Assembly: GCA_965214405.1 (NCBI GenBank)
Contig: OZ243956.1
Span: 864,001 to 928,000 of the forward strand
From: Trueperaceae bacterium
GTDB lineage: Bacteria > Deinococcota > Deinococci > Deinococcales > Trueperaceae
DNA length: 64,000 bases
Reading direction: 5' to 3'
Shown: positions 19,082 through 29,672 of the stretch, piece after piece
Numbering within the stretch: position 1 is the first letter of the stretch
Layout: every line of letters starts with the position of its first letter
Notes under the pieces: generated by a model
Databases searched by the model: none
What the model was told of the DNA's origin: nothing
What the model saw: only the letters and a program-made list of their open reading frames with translations
Position numbers and translations under genes: made by a program

Positions 19082-22000
19082 TTGCAAGACCTCATTATTC
19101 GCGGTGCCCGCGAACACAACCTCAAAAACGTCGATTTAGAACTCCCGCGCGACAAGTTTATCGTCTTTACCGGCGTGTCGGGCTCGGGCAAGTCCACCTT
19201 GGCCTTTGACACCATCTACGCAGAAGGACAGCGGCGCTACGTCGAGAGTTTGTCCGCCTACGCGCGGCAGTTTTTGGGGCTCATGGACAAGCCCGACGTG
19301 GACTCCATCGAAGGGCTTTCCCCCGCAATTTCGATTGACCAAAAGACCACCTCGCACAACCCGCGCTCGACGGTGGGGACGGTGACCGAGATTCATGATT
19401 ATTTGCGACTTTTGTTCGCTCGAGCGGGCAAGCCGCACTGCCCCATCTGCGGGCGGCCCATCGAGCGGCAGTCGGCGAGCGAGATTGTCGATAGGCTTTT
19501 GGAGCGCTTTTTGGACCAGCGGGCGCTGCTGTTGGCCCCGGTCGTGCGCGGGCGCAAGGGGGAGTACAAGAAGCTCTTTAACGACCTCAAAAAAGAGGGC
19601 TTTGCAAGGGTCCGCGTGGACGGCGAGGTGCAAACGCTGGACGAGGCGGTAGCGAAGAGTCTCGAGCGCTTCGAAAAGCACGACATCGACGTGGTCGTCG
19701 ACCGCGTCAAGATTACCGGGGAGGACCGCTCGCGCATCGCCGAGTCGGTCGAGTTGGCGCTGGTCAAGGGCGAAGGGCTCATGCGCGCCTTTTTGCCCGA
19801 CTTGGGCGTGGACGAACTCTTTAGCGAGCGCTTCGCCTGCCCGGAGCACGGGACGGCCCTGGAGGAACTCGAGCCCCGCTCATTCTCTTTTAATTCGCCC
19901 TACGGCGCTTGCCCCGCCTGCACGGGCCTGGGCAGTCGGCAAGAGTTTGACCCTATCCTCTTAATTCCCGACCCTGAGCTGTCGATTGCGGAAGGGGCCA
20001 TCGCGCCCTGGAGCGGCGGGCGGAGCGACAACGGCAAGGTTTTCTATTGGGACCGCCTGCGCGCGCTCGCCGACCATCTGGACTTCGACCTCCAGACGCC
20101 CTGGGAAAGCCTACCCGCCAAGGCCAAACAGATGGTCCTCTACGGCTCGGGCGACCCCATCGAGGTGGTCTATAGGCGTGACGGCAAGGAGACGATGCGC
20201 TTCAAGGCGGAGTTCGAGGGGGTCATCCCCAACTTGGAGCGCCGCTACAAGGAAGCGAATACGGACTTCGCGCGCGAAAAAATCGAGGCGTTCATGTCGC
20301 TCGCGCCCTGCCCGCAGTGCAAGGGGACACGGTACAAGGCAGAAGTTTTGGCCGTCACGGTGGCGGGCCGCAACATCGCGGAGGTGTCGGGGATGACGGT
20401 GCTCGAGGCCGAGGGCTTTTTTGCCAACCTCGACCTGCCCGAACCCGGCGGCTCGGTGGCGCGGCCCATCATGCGCGAGGTGGGGGCGCGGCTGGGTTTC
20501 CTGGAAAACGTCGGCCTAGACTACCTCACGCTCGACAGGAGCGCGAACACGCTCTCGGGCGGCGAGGCGCAGCGCATACGGCTGGCGACGCAGGTGGGCT
20601 CGGGGCTGACGGGGGTGCTCTACGTTTTGGACGAGCCCTCCATCGGCCTCCACCCGCGCGACAATGACCGCTTGTTGGGAACCTTGTTAAGCCTCCGCGA
20701 CTTGGGTAATACCTTGATTGTGGTCGAGCACGACGAGGAGACGATGCGCGCGGCGGACTACATCGTGGACTTGGGTCCCGGCGCGGGCATCCACGGTGGG
20801 CACGTCATCGCCGCCGCGCCGCCCGAGGAGCTTATGGCGGACAAGGCCTCGCTGACGGCGGCCTATTTGCGCGGTGACAAAACCATCCCCGTGCCCGACG
20901 CGCGGCGCGGTGGCAACGGGAAGAAGATTAGGATTGTGGGCGCTCGAGAGCACAACCTCAAAAACGTGGACGTGGACATCCCATTAGGCACCTTGACCTG
21001 CATCACCGGGGCGTCGGGGTCGGGCAAGTCGACGCTCGTCCACCGGATTTTGCACGCGTCGTTGGCAAGAGACCTCTACCGGGCCAAAGAAGTCCCCGGC
21101 ACCCACACCCGCATCGACGGCGCGGACAACATCGACAAGGTCATCGAAATCGACCAGAGCCCCATCGGGCGCACCCCCCGGAGCAACCCAGCGACCTACA
21201 CGGGCATCTTCACCGAAATCCGCGACCTCTTCACCCGCGCCCCCGAGTCGCGCAAGCGCGGCTACAAGGCGGGCAGATTTTCGTTCAACGTCAAGGGCGG
21301 GCGCTGCGAGGCCTGCAAGGGTGACGGCACGGTCAAGGTCGAGATGTATTTTTTGCCCGATATTTATGTGCCCTGCGAGGTTTGTAAGGGCGCGCGCTAC
21401 AACAAGGAGACGCTGGAGGTCAAAATCCGCGGCAAGTCCATCGCCGACGTGCTCAACATGACGGTGAACGAGGGGGTGGACTTTTTCGAGAACATCCCGA
21501 ATGTTGCGCGCAAGCTGCAACTCATGCAGGACGTGGGGCTGGGCTACATCAAGATCGGCCAACCCTCGCCCACGCTCTCGGGCGGGGAGGCGCAGCGCGT
21601 CAAGCTCGCCTCGGAACTCGGCAAGCGCTCGACGGGCAAGACGCTCTACATTCTAGACGAGCCCACCACGGGTTTGCACTTCGACGACACGCGCAAGCTT
21701 TTGGACGTGCTCCACCGCCTCGTGGACGGCGGCAACACGCTTGTGGTGATCGAGCACAACATGGACGTGATCAAAACGGCGGATTGGGTCATCGACTTGG
21801 GCCCCGACGGCGGCGTGCGCGGCGGTACGGTGGTCGCGGAGGGCACGCCCGAGACGGTGGCGGCGCACCCCGCCTCCTCGACGGGGCTGTACTTGCGCAA
21901 GATTCCCGCCATCGCCGCGCGCTTGCCTGTACCTAAAAACGGTGTGGCTGAAGAAGCCGCAACCAAAACCGCGACCAAAGCAGTTGTCGAGGTGGCGTGA
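19082..22000 (+). CDS. uvrA: Excinuclease ABC subunit A
   Basis: GAREHNLKN twice, two Walker A motifs, LSGGEAQR twice, zinc-binding CxxC pairs; TTG start after GGGAGG. Confidence 0.98.
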   Translation: MQDLIIRGAREHNLKNVDLELPRDKFIVFTGVSGSGKSTLAFDTIYAEGQRRYVESLSAYARQFLGLMDKPDVDSIEGLSPAISIDQKTTSHNPRSTVGTVTEIHDYLRLLFARAGKPHCPICGRPIERQSASEIVDRLLERFLDQRALLLAPVVRGRKGEYKKLFNDLKKEGFARVRVDGEVQTLDEAVAKSLERFEKHDIDVVVDRVKITGEDRSRIAESVELALVKGEGLMRAFLPDLGVDELFSERFACPEHGTALEELEPRSFSFNSPYGACPACTGLGSRQEFDPILLIPDPELSIAEGAIAPWSGGRSDNGKVFYWDRLRALADHLDFDLQTPWESLPAKAKQMVLYGSGDPIEVVYRRDGKETMRFKAEFEGVIPNLERRYKEANTDFAREKIEAFMSLAPCPQCKGTRYKAEVLAVTVAGRNIAEVSGMTVLEAEGFFANLDLPEPGGSVARPIMREVGARLGFLENVGLDYLTLDRSANTLSGGEAQRIRLATQVGSGLTGVLYVLDEPSIGLHPRDNDRLLGTLLSLRDLGNTLIVVEHDEETMRAADYIVDLGPGAGIHGGHVIAAAPPEELMADKASLTAAYLRGDKTIPVPDARRGGNGKKIRIVGAREHNLKNVDVDIPLGTLTCITGASGSGKSTLVHRILHASLARDLYRAKEVPGTHTRIDGADNIDKVIEIDQSPIGRTPRSNPATYTGIFTEIRDLFTRAPESRKRGYKAGRFSFNVKGGRCEACKGDGTVKVEMYFLPDIYVPCEVCKGARYNKETLEVKIRGKSIADVLNMTVNEGVDFFENIPNVARKLQLMQDVGLGYIKIGQPSPTLSGGEAQRVKLASELGKRSTGKTLYILDEPTTGLHFDDTRKLLDVLHRLVDGGNTLVVIEHNMDVIKTADWVIDLGPDGGVRGGTVVAEGTPETVAAHPASSTGLYLRKIPAIAARLPVPKNGVAEEAATKTATKAVVEVA

Positions 22001-22497
22001 CCCGCGTCCGCACCGCGCCGCCGCCCCAAAGCTTCTTTATCGGCGCGTTTTTGTTTCTCTTGGCGGCGGTGTTCGCGGTGGCTCCTCTGCCCTTGTTCGT
22101 CCGAAGTTTGGGGATTGTGCTGGCGACGTATCTGGCATTCTCCTCGAGCGGCCTGCCCTTCGCCTACGTGATTGCGCTCTTAGCACCCCCCGTCGGTTTA
22201 GTGCGTGGCGACGCCGATTGGCTCGTGATGCTGCCCATCATGCTCGCCTCGGGGCTGTTGGGGGTGTTGGGTCTTGAGTACGCCTGGCGCTACCCCGCAC
22301 TTTTCATTTCGCCGCTGCTCACCGTCGTCCCGCCGCTTTTTGTTTGGCTCGCGTCGCAACGCGCACTTTTCGCGGTGGCGCTGCCCTGGGGCCTCGAGCC
22401 CGGGCTCTGGGTGCTGCTGCACGGGCTCATCGCCTTGGCGGGAGCACTCGTCGCGGTGGCACTGGACCGTAGAAGGGAACGGCTCGAGTCGCCCTAG
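21997..22497 (+). CDS. Hypothetical integral membrane protein
   Basis: Hydrophobic 166-aa ORF coupled to the uvrA stop (GTGA overlap). Confidence 0.7.
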   Translation: MTRVRTAPPPQSFFIGAFLFLLAAVFAVAPLPLFVRSLGIVLATYLAFSSSGLPFAYVIALLAPPVGLVRGDADWLVMLPIMLASGLLGVLGLEYAWRYPALFISPLLTVVPPLFVWLASQRALFAVALPWGLEPGLWVLLHGLIALAGALVAVALDRRRERLESP

Positions 22498-22518
22498 CTC
22501 GAACGGCTCGAGTCGCCC
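22477..22518 (+). repeat. 18-bp direct repeat with 24-bp period
   Basis: GAACGGCTCGAGTCGCCC at 22477-22494 and 22501-22518. Confidence 0.8.
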
Positions 22519-22579
22519 CACCCGAACCGAGCCCCTCCACCTTCACGTCGCGCGCCCGAACACGCGTTAAAGTGAATCT

Positions 22580-23530
22580 GTGAAAGCCAAAGTAGAGACC
22601 CTCATGGGGCACCCGGCCTGGCGTTTTGGTGAGCGTCTCTTTCAGCGCTTTAACGACTCGCGCCTCCCGCTCCTCGCCGCCGCGCTCGCCTACTACGCGG
22701 CCTTTTCGCTGGGTCCTCTGCTCTTGCTGCTCACGGGCGGGGTCGGCTTTTTGTTGCGCAGCCGCCCAGATTTAGCCGAGGACGCGCGGCTCGCGCTCGT
22801 CAACCTCGTCGCGCAAGTTACGCCGCCGCAAAACGACCAGGTTCAGACGCAGCTTATCGAGGGAAGCTTCAAGGCTTTAGAGCAGCTTTTAGTCGAGGGC
22901 GCGCTTGTTAGGAGCGTGGTATCACTCCTTATCCTCATCTGGGCGAGTTCTAACTTTTTTTCCTCTTTACAGCTCGCTTTAGAACTTATTTTCGCCTCGC
23001 CTCACCCCCGGAACTTCTGGCGCAAACGCCTGGTCGCCATCCTGCTCATCTTCACCGCGGTCATGGTAATTTTGGTCGAGGTGGTTGGCGGGCTTCTCTT
23101 CGCCTACCTTGACCAGCTCGTCGTGCTCCTCAACAACCTGTTCGTCACGCTCAACGTCCCGGCTTTTTTGTCGCTGCCCGAACTCGGCGGTTTTCTCATC
23201 ACCTCGCTGCGCGCGCTCATCACCGTGGGGGCGTTTATCTTCTGTTTCCGTTTTTTACCGCGCCGCTCGTCCTCCTGGACGGGCGCGGTGATCGGGGCGC
23301 TTTTTAGCGCGGTGAGCATTTTGGTGATGCGCGAATTTTTGGTGAGCGTGTTTAACTTAGAGCGCTTCAACCTCATTTACGGTGTGGTCACAAGTTTGCT
23401 CGTGGTCTTGCTGTGGCTCTACTTCGCGGTGCTCCTCTTTCTGGTGGGCGCGCTCCTGGCCGCCGAAATCAGCGTCGAGCGGCGTGCGGCGCGGGTGAAG
23501 AATCAGGAGACAAAAATCAGTAAACATTAG
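22580..23530 (+). CDS. YihY/virulence factor BrkB family membrane protein
   Basis: AAALAYYAAFSLGPLL and YG...LLWLY...LVGA motifs. Confidence 0.88.
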   Translation: MKAKVETLMGHPAWRFGERLFQRFNDSRLPLLAAALAYYAAFSLGPLLLLLTGGVGFLLRSRPDLAEDARLALVNLVAQVTPPQNDQVQTQLIEGSFKALEQLLVEGALVRSVVSLLILIWASSNFFSSLQLALELIFASPHPRNFWRKRLVAILLIFTAVMVILVEVVGGLLFAYLDQLVVLLNNLFVTLNVPAFLSLPELGGFLITSLRALITVGAFIFCFRFLPRRSSSWTGAVIGALFSAVSILVMREFLVSVFNLERFNLIYGVVTSLLVVLLWLYFAVLLFLVGALLAAEISVERRAARVKNQETKISKH

Positions 23531-23537
23531 TTGGACA

Positions 23538-23581
23538 GTAGTCAGAATTCAGCATGAAAACACCTATTGAATTCTGACTAC
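23538..23581. repeat. 14-bp perfect inverted repeat (hairpin)
   Basis: GTAGTCAGAATTCA ... TGAATTCTGACTAC, followed by a further ATTCTGAC unit. Confidence 0.75.
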
Positions 23582-23667
23582 CGGATTCTGACCGCCAACA
23601 ACTCGCCACTCAACCAAATCTCTCCCTGCGCAAAACGAGCAGATAACACCTGCGGTATAATGCGGGT

Positions 23668-24288
23668 GTGGAAACGCTCACCAAACTCGTCCAGCGCAAG
23701 TGGTTTTACAACTTCGCGGTCTGGGCTTTTCGCCTCTACGCCCAACTCGTCTACGGCTTACGCGTGTACGGTAGCGAGCACGTCCCCATGACCGGGGGCT
23801 TGGTTGTCGCCAGCAACCACATCTCCTCGCTCGACCCGCCCGTCATGGGCGTCGCGGTCCCGCGCGAAGTCAATTATATGGCGAAAAAAGAGCTTTTCGA
23901 GAACCGTTACTGGCGCACGCTGTGGCTCGGGCTGCGCGCCTACCCCGTGGACCGGCAGCGGAGCGATATGGGGGCGGTCAAGGAGTCGCTGCGGCGGCTC
24001 CATGCGGGCACGGCCATCGGCATCTTTATCCAGGGCACCCGCAACCAGGGAGACGCCAAGGCGCTTGGCGGCGCGGCCTTTTTGGCCCAGCGCGCGGGCG
24101 TGCCCATCGTCCCCGCCGCCATCTTCCGCGAGGGCCGGGCCTACGCGGTGCGTTTCGGCGCGCCGCTCGTCCCTAAAAGCAAGAGCCGTGAGGAGATGGA
24201 CGAGTTGACCGAAGAAGTCATGGACCGTATTAACGCGCTGCGCCCGCCGCAGCCTCAGCACGTGGGGCAGAATCCGCAAAAAGTGTGA
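23668..24288 (+). CDS. plsC: 1-acyl-sn-glycerol-3-phosphate acyltransferase (PlsC-like)
   Basis: NHISSLD (HX4D), AKKELF, FIQGTR; TATAAT 6 nt before the GTG. Confidence 0.85.
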   Translation: METLTKLVQRKWFYNFAVWAFRLYAQLVYGLRVYGSEHVPMTGGLVVASNHISSLDPPVMGVAVPREVNYMAKKELFENRYWRTLWLGLRAYPVDRQRSDMGAVKESLRRLHAGTAIGIFIQGTRNQGDAKALGGAAFLAQRAGVPIVPAAIFREGRAYAVRFGAPLVPKSKSREEMDELTEEVMDRINALRPPQPQHVGQNPQKV

Positions 24289-24467
24289 AGATTTTCACTC
24301 TCCAGCCTTTTGATTTGTCGCCCTTTCGCTTTTACCGTCAATAATGTGTCACGGGCGCTTAGAGCCGAGGAAATCCCGTCTCTGACGTTAACTGGCTCGA
24401 GCCCCAACCAAACACCCCCACAAAATCCTGTCCCTGACGGATCAAACCGATTAGCCCCGTGAGGGAC

Positions 24468-24496
24468 TTGCTTTCTCACAATTCACGTGCTACAGT
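24468..24496 (+). promoter_or_regulatory. Sigma70-type promoter of second HU gene
   Basis: TTGCTT-N17-TACAGT with extended TG; GGGAGG SD downstream. Confidence 0.55.
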
Positions 24497-24529
24497 ACCC
24501 GCGAAGTCAACATAAAGGGAGGAAACGCG

Positions 24530-24820
24530 ATGGCAAAGGGAAAGACGATGTCAAAGGCCGACCTTGTGGACAAAGTTTCCGACGAGACGGGGATGAAGAA
24601 AAAAGACGTCAAAACAGTCGTAGACAGCGTGGTGGACCAGATCAGCACGCACCTCAACGACGAATACAAGGTGCAGCTCACGGGCTTCGGCACCTTTGAA
24701 GTGCGCGAGCGCAAGGCGCGCACGGGCGTCAAACCCGGCACCACCGACAAAATCGACATCCCCGCTTCCAAATACCCGGCGTTCAAACCCGGCAAGGCGC
24801 TCAAAGAGAAGATTAGGTAG
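24530..24820 (+). CDS. hup: DNA-binding protein HU (paralog 2)
   Basis: VQLTGFGTFEVRERKARTGVKPGT, YPAFKPGKALKE. Confidence 0.95.
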   Translation: MAKGKTMSKADLVDKVSDETGMKKKDVKTVVDSVVDQISTHLNDEYKVQLTGFGTFEVRERKARTGVKPGTTDKIDIPASKYPAFKPGKALKEKIR

Positions 24821-24844
24821 GCGCTTTTTGGTTTTGTGGTGTGG

Positions 24845-24866
24845 GCGGCCTAAGAGCCGCCTTTTT
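24845..24866 (+). terminator. Intrinsic terminator after second HU gene
   Basis: GGCGGC-ctaaga-GCCGCC then TTTTT. Confidence 0.7.
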
Positions 24867-24988
24867 CGCGTCGAGAAGAAATTTTATGTCTGTAAGCGCA
24901 AGCATCAAGAAGGCGTGGAGAGCCGTCTAAAGGTCAATGGTGCTGCTCGAGACCCTGCCGCCCGCTTCGTGATACGAGAGGTAAAGCT

Positions 24989-25462
24989 ATGAAGGAACTT
25001 AGCCATTACCAATACCGAGGCGCAAGGGCAATGGTGCTCTTGCACGAAAAACACCTGCGCCAATGCTTAGGTATTTGGAAAGAAGCGAAAACCGCCAACA
25101 TCAAACTTCCACAAACGGTTGACGAGGATTATCAATCTCTTGAAGCTTTGCTCGAGCACATTCTGCGTGCGGCCCGTGGTTACATGGTCTGGATGTGCCA
25201 AAAGTTGGACCTGCCCGACCCCGAGATAAAGCTTCCTCCCGATGTTGTCACCATCGAAGCCGGGGCGGACGGGTATCTCGAGCACGTCTTAGAACGCTGG
25301 CGCCCGCCGCTTGCCCATGTTGAAGAAGCAAAGTTTGAATCCGTCACCTACCTCTCCAACTGGGGTACGCCCTACTGCATTGACGCGATGCTCGAGCACG
25401 CCGTCATGCACCCCGTCCGGCACGAATTCCAGCTCAGGGAGCTTTTGGAGGAGCAAAGCTGA
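24989..25462 (+). CDS. DinB/YfiT-like putative metal-binding helical protein
   Basis: LLEHI and C-terminal EHAVMHPVRH histidine pattern. Confidence 0.65.
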   Translation: MKELSHYQYRGARAMVLLHEKHLRQCLGIWKEAKTANIKLPQTVDEDYQSLEALLEHILRAARGYMVWMCQKLDLPDPEIKLPPDVVTIEAGADGYLEHVLERWRPPLAHVEEAKFESVTYLSNWGTPYCIDAMLEHAVMHPVRHEFQLRELLEEQS

Positions 25463-25578
25463 CGTCTCGGGATGAACAGTGAGAACGGCGGTACAACGTT
25501 CACGCGGAAAGTCGGCGTTTTACTTTTTGGACCTCCACACGTTCTCTTACAAAACCCCAACGCGCTACACTACGCTTG

Positions 25579-26334
25579 ATGAGTCTTCTCGACATGATTG
25601 GCCCTGTGATGGTCGGCCCCTCGAGTTCCCACACCGCGGGCGCGTGCCGCTTAGCGCTCCTCTCCCGCCACACCTTGCTGGGCGTTCCCCACGAGGCCGA
25701 GGCGGTGCTGCACGGCTCGTTCGCCAAAACCGCCAAGGGCCACGGCACCGACCTGGCGCTCACCGCCGGGCTTTTGGGTTACTACCCCGACGACCCGCGC
25801 ATCCCCAACGCGTTTGAGGAGGCGGAAAAGGCGGGGCTCAACGTTTCTTTTAGCAGCAAAGATTTGGGCGACGTTCACCCCAACACGGTTCGCTTAGAAC
25901 TTCGTAACGAGCAAGAACGGGTGAGCGTGGTGGGCTCGAGCCTGGGCGGCGGCTTAGTGCGGATAAGCAGCGTCAACGACTTCGACATCCTTTTTACCGG
26001 CGCGTACCACACGCTGCTCGTCGAGCACGACGACAAGCCGGGGGTCATCGCCAGGGTGGCGCGGGTCGTGGCCGACGACGGCGTCAACATCGCCACGCTC
26101 CACTCGGCGCGGCGGCGGCGCGGCGGGCGGGCGATGATGTCAGTCGAGACGGACCGCCGTCTGGCGCAGTACGCGCTCGACTATCTTACAAATCTGCCTT
26201 ACGTCCACCTGCTGCGGATGTTGCCCGAGGTGATGAGCGGGGCGGGCGACGTGATGGGGAATGCGGCTACGCACAGCGCGGCGGGTGAGGCCAGTGGGGT
26301 AGCCAGGCCTAAAAGAGAAGAGGAGGACGCGTGA
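25579..26334 (+). CDS. sdaAB: L-serine ammonia-lyase, Fe-S dependent, beta subunit with ACT domain
   Basis: [37 protein letters not shown]. Confidence 0.95.
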   Translation: MSLLDMIGPVMVGPSSSHTAGACRLALLSRHTLLGVPHEAEAVLHGSFAKTAKGHGTDLALTAGLLGYYPDDPRIPNAFEEAEKAGLNVSFSSKDLGDVHPNTVRLELRNEQERVSVVGSSLGGGLVRISSVNDFDILFTGAYHTLLVEHDDKPGVIARVARVVADDGVNIATLHSARRRRGGRAMMSVETDRRLAQYALDYLTNLPYVHLLRMLPEVMSGAGDVMGNAATHSAAGEASGVARPKREEEDA

Positions 26335-27170
26335 CGCTCAACGAGCTGGCAGACTATCAGGGGTTTGCCTCCGAGGCGGTGCTGAATGAAGAGGTCGAGA
26401 CCGAGGAGGAGCGGGAGGAGCTGTTAGAGGCGATGCGCTCGAGGCTCCTCGAGATGCGTGACGCGGTGCGGCGGGGGCTTTCTTCAAGCGCCCCCTCCCG
26501 AACGGGCATGGTCGGCTGGAACGCCAAGACCCTGTGGGACGCCCCCGACATCCTCGGGTCTCCCCTCTTAAAACGGGTGCAAGCCTACGCGATGGCCGTC
26601 AACGAAGAAAACGCCCGCATGGGCCGCATCGTCGCCGCGCCCACCGCGGGGAGCGCGGGCACGCTGCCGGGCGCGCTTTTAGGCGTGGCCGACCACCTCG
26701 AGAGAGAGGACGACGCACTGCTTATGCCCCTGGTGCTCGCGGCGGGGGTGGGGCAGATCATCTCCAAAACGATGTTCATCGCGGGCTCGACGGGCGGCTG
26801 CGGGGCCGAAATCGGCTCGTCGGCGGCGATGGCGGCGGCGGCGGTGTGCGAGCTTCTGGGCGGCGACGCCAAGGCCGCGGTTCACGCCGCGACGATGGCG
26901 CTGATGAACACCATCGGCTTGGTCTGCGACCCCGTCGGCGGTTACGTCGAGGTGCCCTGCGTGTCGCGCAATGCGTTCTACAGCGTCCACGCGCTCGCCT
27001 CGGCGCAGCTTGCGCTCTCCGGGCTCGAGTCGGTCATCCCTCCCGACGAGGTAATCGGCGCGATGGCCTCGGTAGGCCGGATGCTCCCCCCCGAACTCCG
27101 CGAAACGGGCGAGGGCGGCGTGGCGGATACGCCCACGGGCCGGATGATCGCGCTCAAGATGGCGAAGTAG
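26331..27170 (+). CDS. sdaAA: L-serine ammonia-lyase, Fe-S dependent, alpha subunit
   Basis: [44 protein letters not shown]. Confidence 0.95.
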   Translation: MTLNELADYQGFASEAVLNEEVETEEEREELLEAMRSRLLEMRDAVRRGLSSSAPSRTGMVGWNAKTLWDAPDILGSPLLKRVQAYAMAVNEENARMGRIVAAPTAGSAGTLPGALLGVADHLEREDDALLMPLVLAAGVGQIISKTMFIAGSTGGCGAEIGSSAAMAAAAVCELLGGDAKAAVHAATMALMNTIGLVCDPVGGYVEVPCVSRNAFYSVHALASAQLALSGLESVIPPDEVIGAMASVGRMLPPELRETGEGGVADTPTGRMIALKMAK

Positions 27171-27207
27171 AGAGGGTGAGTCCAGAGGCTTCTGCGGTCA
27201 CGACAAG

Positions 27208-27242
27208 AAAAAAACCCGGTCTGGCAAATGTCACCAGACCGG
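27208..27242 (-). terminator. Terminator between convergent sdaAA and mutase small subunit
   Basis: CCGGTCTGG-N9-CCAGACCGG preceded by an A-run (U-tract on the minus strand). Confidence 0.65.
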
Positions 27243-27253
27243 CAGGATCCCGC

Positions 27254-27670
27254 CTACACCTGCGCGGCCCAGCGTTTGGGCACCGTTTCGCGCAGGTAGT
27301 CAATCACCTCCTGCGTGCTGGTGCCGGGGGTAAAAATCGCGCCGACACCCATCTCGGCAAGCTTAGGAATATCCGCGTCGGGTACGATGCCGCCGCCGAA
27401 CACCAAGATGTCTTCCGCGTTGCGCCCCTTGAGACCGTCGGTCACCTCGCGGAAGTAGTGCATGTGCGCCCCCGAGAGAATCGATAAGCCGACCGCGTCC
27501 ACGTCCTCCTGGATGGCGGCGTTGACGATCATCTCCCCCGTTTGTCGGAGGCCCGTATAGATTACTTCCATGCCCGCGTCCCTGAGCGCGCGCGCGATGA
27601 CCTTGGCCCCGCGGTCGTGACCGTCGAGACCCGGTTTGGCAACGAGTACGCGAATTTTACGCTGTTCCAT
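27254..27670 (-). CDS. Methylmalonyl-CoA mutase, cobalamin-binding small subunit
   Basis: [13 protein letters not shown] (DxHxxG), SILSGAH, GGGIVP. Start ATG 27670 lies 6 nt after TATGAT. Confidence 0.95.
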   Translation of the reverse strand: MEQRKIRVLVAKPGLDGHDRGAKVIARALRDAGMEVIYTGLRQTGEMIVNAAIQEDVDAVGLSILSGAHMHYFREVTDGLKGRNAEDILVFGGGIVPDADIPKLAEMGVGAIFTPGTSTQEVIDYLRETVPKRWAAQV

Positions 27671-27734
27671 GACGCTATCATAGCGCAAGTCCGGGGGCAG
27701 ACAGCCACCGTCTCCCGTTCGGCGCTGCACAGGT

Positions 27735-27837
27735 CGCCAACGCCCGATTTCACCGGCGCGGGCGAGACATGAAGACCACGCACGCCTTGCGCATGAGAGA
27801 GTCGCTGAACCGCGTCCGGTGCAAAAAGTTGTTGGGC
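27735..27837 (-). other. attC site 3 (TA cassette), 103 bp
   Basis: Plus strand CGCCAAC-N6-TTTCACCGGCGCGG...CCGCG[T]CCGGTG[C]AAA-N5-GTTGGGC. On the minus strand R''=GCCCAAC lies 1 nt after the toxin stop and R'=GTTGGCG; two unpaired bases in the stem. Confidence 0.88.
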
Positions 27838-27838
27838 T

Positions 27839-28249
27839 TTACGTGACGCGCATCAACGCGGTGAATCCTGCTTGCCTGAAATCTTTGTCGGTCGTAAGAG
27901 CGTCCACAATTCCTCGCTCACGCATTACCACGAACGATATGCAATCTACCATGCCCCACGTCTTATCTTGATGTACTCGGTAAAGCTCGAAGGCTCTCCC
28001 GAACAAACCCGCGTCCAATCGTACCAACTCGACTTCATCTGACGAGAGAAAATTTTCTATAATCTCGACCGCCTGCTGTTTGGAACTTCTTGCTAAGGCA
28101 TTACCAACTTCAAGCAGCACGGCGTCCGTTGTTACCAGCGGAGAACCATCAAATAAGTCTGCCAACTCAGAGGCGCGGGCATGGTGCTCATCTCTTTCGT
28201 TTACAAGCGCGACCACAAACGACGTATCAACGAAGACGCTACTCAACAA
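27839..28249 (-). CDS. vapC: PIN-domain toxin, VapC family
   Basis: VFVDTS, LLEV, VDCISF, LTTDKDF acidic quartet of PIN RNases. Confidence 0.92.
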   Translation of the reverse strand: MLSSVFVDTSFVVALVNERDEHHARASELADLFDGSPLVTTDAVLLEVGNALARSSKQQAVEIIENFLSSDEVELVRLDAGLFGRAFELYRVHQDKTWGMVDCISFVVMRERGIVDALTTDKDFRQAGFTALMRVT

Positions 28250-28454
28250 TCTTCTCTCCGGTCAGGTAAAGGTCTATGTTCTCTGAGAAGTCGGGTGGCG
28301 CGCTGATGCGGACGTTCTTCAACTTGGACATAAAGCTTGGTTTAGAAGACGGTGGTTGGGATTCGGTGAAGGTTTTAACAACCTGGTACAACTCAGCTAG
28401 CCGGTCTTCGGGCACTCTTTCCACTTCGGATTTGATCGTTTCCTTAGTAATCAT
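28239..28454 (-). CDS. Putative antitoxin of the PIN toxin
   Basis: 71-aa ORF overlapping the toxin start; C-terminal PPDFSENIDLYL typical of such antitoxins. Confidence 0.8.
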   Translation of the reverse strand: MITKETIKSEVERVPEDRLAELYQVVKTFTESQPPSSKPSFMSKLKNVRISAPPDFSENIDLYLTGEKIVE

Positions 28455-28491
28455 GCTATCAACTTTATCTGATTATGTCTCACAATTAAAA

Positions 28492-28604
28492 GCCCAACGC
28501 TCGAACTCATGGGCGCTGAATACTGACGGTTTGATTTGAACATAAACTACTCCTCTGGAATTTAAACAAGACGATTCAGCGTTCCAGGCAGTGCCTAATT
28601 AAGT
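28492..28604 (-). other. attC site 2 (GNAT cassette), 113 bp, R'' mutated
   Basis: Plus strand GCCCAAC-N6-ACTCATGGGCGCTGAAT...ATTCAGCG[T]TCCAGG[C]AGT-N5-ATTAAGT. Minus strand R''=ACTTAAT (AAC to AAT), R'=GTTGGGC. Confidence 0.75.
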
Positions 28605-28629
28605 TATGACATGATAGCAGTGAACAAAA

Positions 28630-29130
28630 CTAAAGAAATCGTTCAATCATGATCTCATCAACATATTTATCATTGATTTTGGCATGTTTCTTGGCTGTAC
28701 CAACGATGCCGAATCCTTGTTTTTGATAGGTGCTTAACGCATTTGGATTGTCACTACGAACATAAGCGAATACTTTCTCGTAACCTTTTTGACGCATTGC
28801 CTTAAATGTAGCTTGAAATAATTGGGAAGAAATACCCTGCTGTTGGTAACTAAGGTGTACATACGTACCGATAATTCCAACGTGGTCAAAAAAACTTGAA
28901 TAGGAAGCGAACGGCTCGACGGTTTGGAATCCGACGATATTGCGTTCGTTTTTTTCTGCGGCCACATGAAAAACTCCCCTACTAGGGAAGTTAGATATAA
29001 ATGCGCGTTCAGCTTCTAGTGTAAAGGGTTTATCTAATACGGTAAAGAATCCTGATTCTATGATGGGGTTAAGAATGTTGATGATTTCATTCGCGTCGCT
29101 TAGTTCCACGTTTCGGATGTGCCATTTCAT
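28630..29130 (-). CDS. GNAT-family N-acetyltransferase (Pat/YncA-like), cassette gene
   Basis: YVHLSYQQQGISSQL acetyl-CoA loop, NPNALSTYQKQGF; very AT-rich. Confidence 0.9.
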   Translation of the reverse strand: MKWHIRNVELSDANEIINILNPIIESGFFTVLDKPFTLEAERAFISNFPSRGVFHVAAEKNERNIVGFQTVEPFASYSSFFDHVGIIGTYVHLSYQQQGISSQLFQATFKAMRQKGYEKVFAYVRSDNPNALSTYQKQGFGIVGTAKKHAKINDKYVDEIMIERFL

Positions 29131-29161
29131 AGTTAACCTCTGATGTTAGGAGAAGCAAGCG

Positions 29162-29237
29162 ACTTAACGTTCAAGCTCAGCTACCTGTATAGCGGCGGAA
29201 CGACGCTGTTCAGGTTAGCTGCAGCGCCCTGTTAGGC
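29162..29237 (-). other. attC site 1 (rpiB cassette), 76 bp
   Basis: Minus strand GCCTAAC (contains the rpiB TAA)-N5-GCTGCAGCTAACCTG...CAGGTAGCTGAGC-N6-GTTAAGT; canonical R''-L''-L'-R' layout with two unpaired bases. Confidence 0.9.
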
Positions 29238-29672
29238 TGGTGGTGGCGCTTCGATCTTGTCTATACGTTTTTGGTGGCGGCCACCCTCGAACTTTGCTTC
29301 AAGCCATGTATCAACGATCTCGATAGCCGCTTCGGGTGATACAACTCGACCACCCATTGCAATGACGTTAGCGTCATTATGCTCTTTTGTCATTTGTGCG
29401 CTCCATAAATTCCAACATAGCCCACAGCGCACACCTGGAACTTTATTCGCAACCATCGCCTCACCATTACCACTTCCTCCAAACACAATGGCGAAATTTG
29501 CAGTGCCGTCCGTCACTGCTGTCGCAGCGGGCCGAACGAAATCCGGATAATCCACTGGAGCATCAGACATAGTTCCGTAGTCAATTATCGTGAAACCTTT
29601 TCTAGCAAGATGCGCTTTTATTGCCTCCTTGAGATCGTATCCTGCGTGATCTGTGCCTAGTGCGATTCTCAT
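29232..29672 (-). CDS. rpiB: Ribose-5-phosphate isomerase B, cassette gene
   Basis: GTDHAG, DYPD, GGSGNGE, ANKV, HNDANV, FEGGRHQKR. Confidence 0.93.
   Translation of the reverse strand: MRIALGTDHAGYDLKEAIKAHLARKGFTIIDYGTMSDAPVDYPDFVRPAATAVTDGTANFAIVFGGSGNGEAMVANKVPGVRCGLCWNLWSAQMTKEHNDANVIAMGGRVVSPEAAIEIVDTWLEAKFEGGRHQKRIDKIEAPPPA

Noticed and set aside
27685..27734. Fourth, empty cassette after attC3 (GTTGGCG...GCCGAAC on the minus strand)
   Set aside because: An R''-like heptamer and small hairpin are present, but there is no L box or R'; cannot be told from chance.
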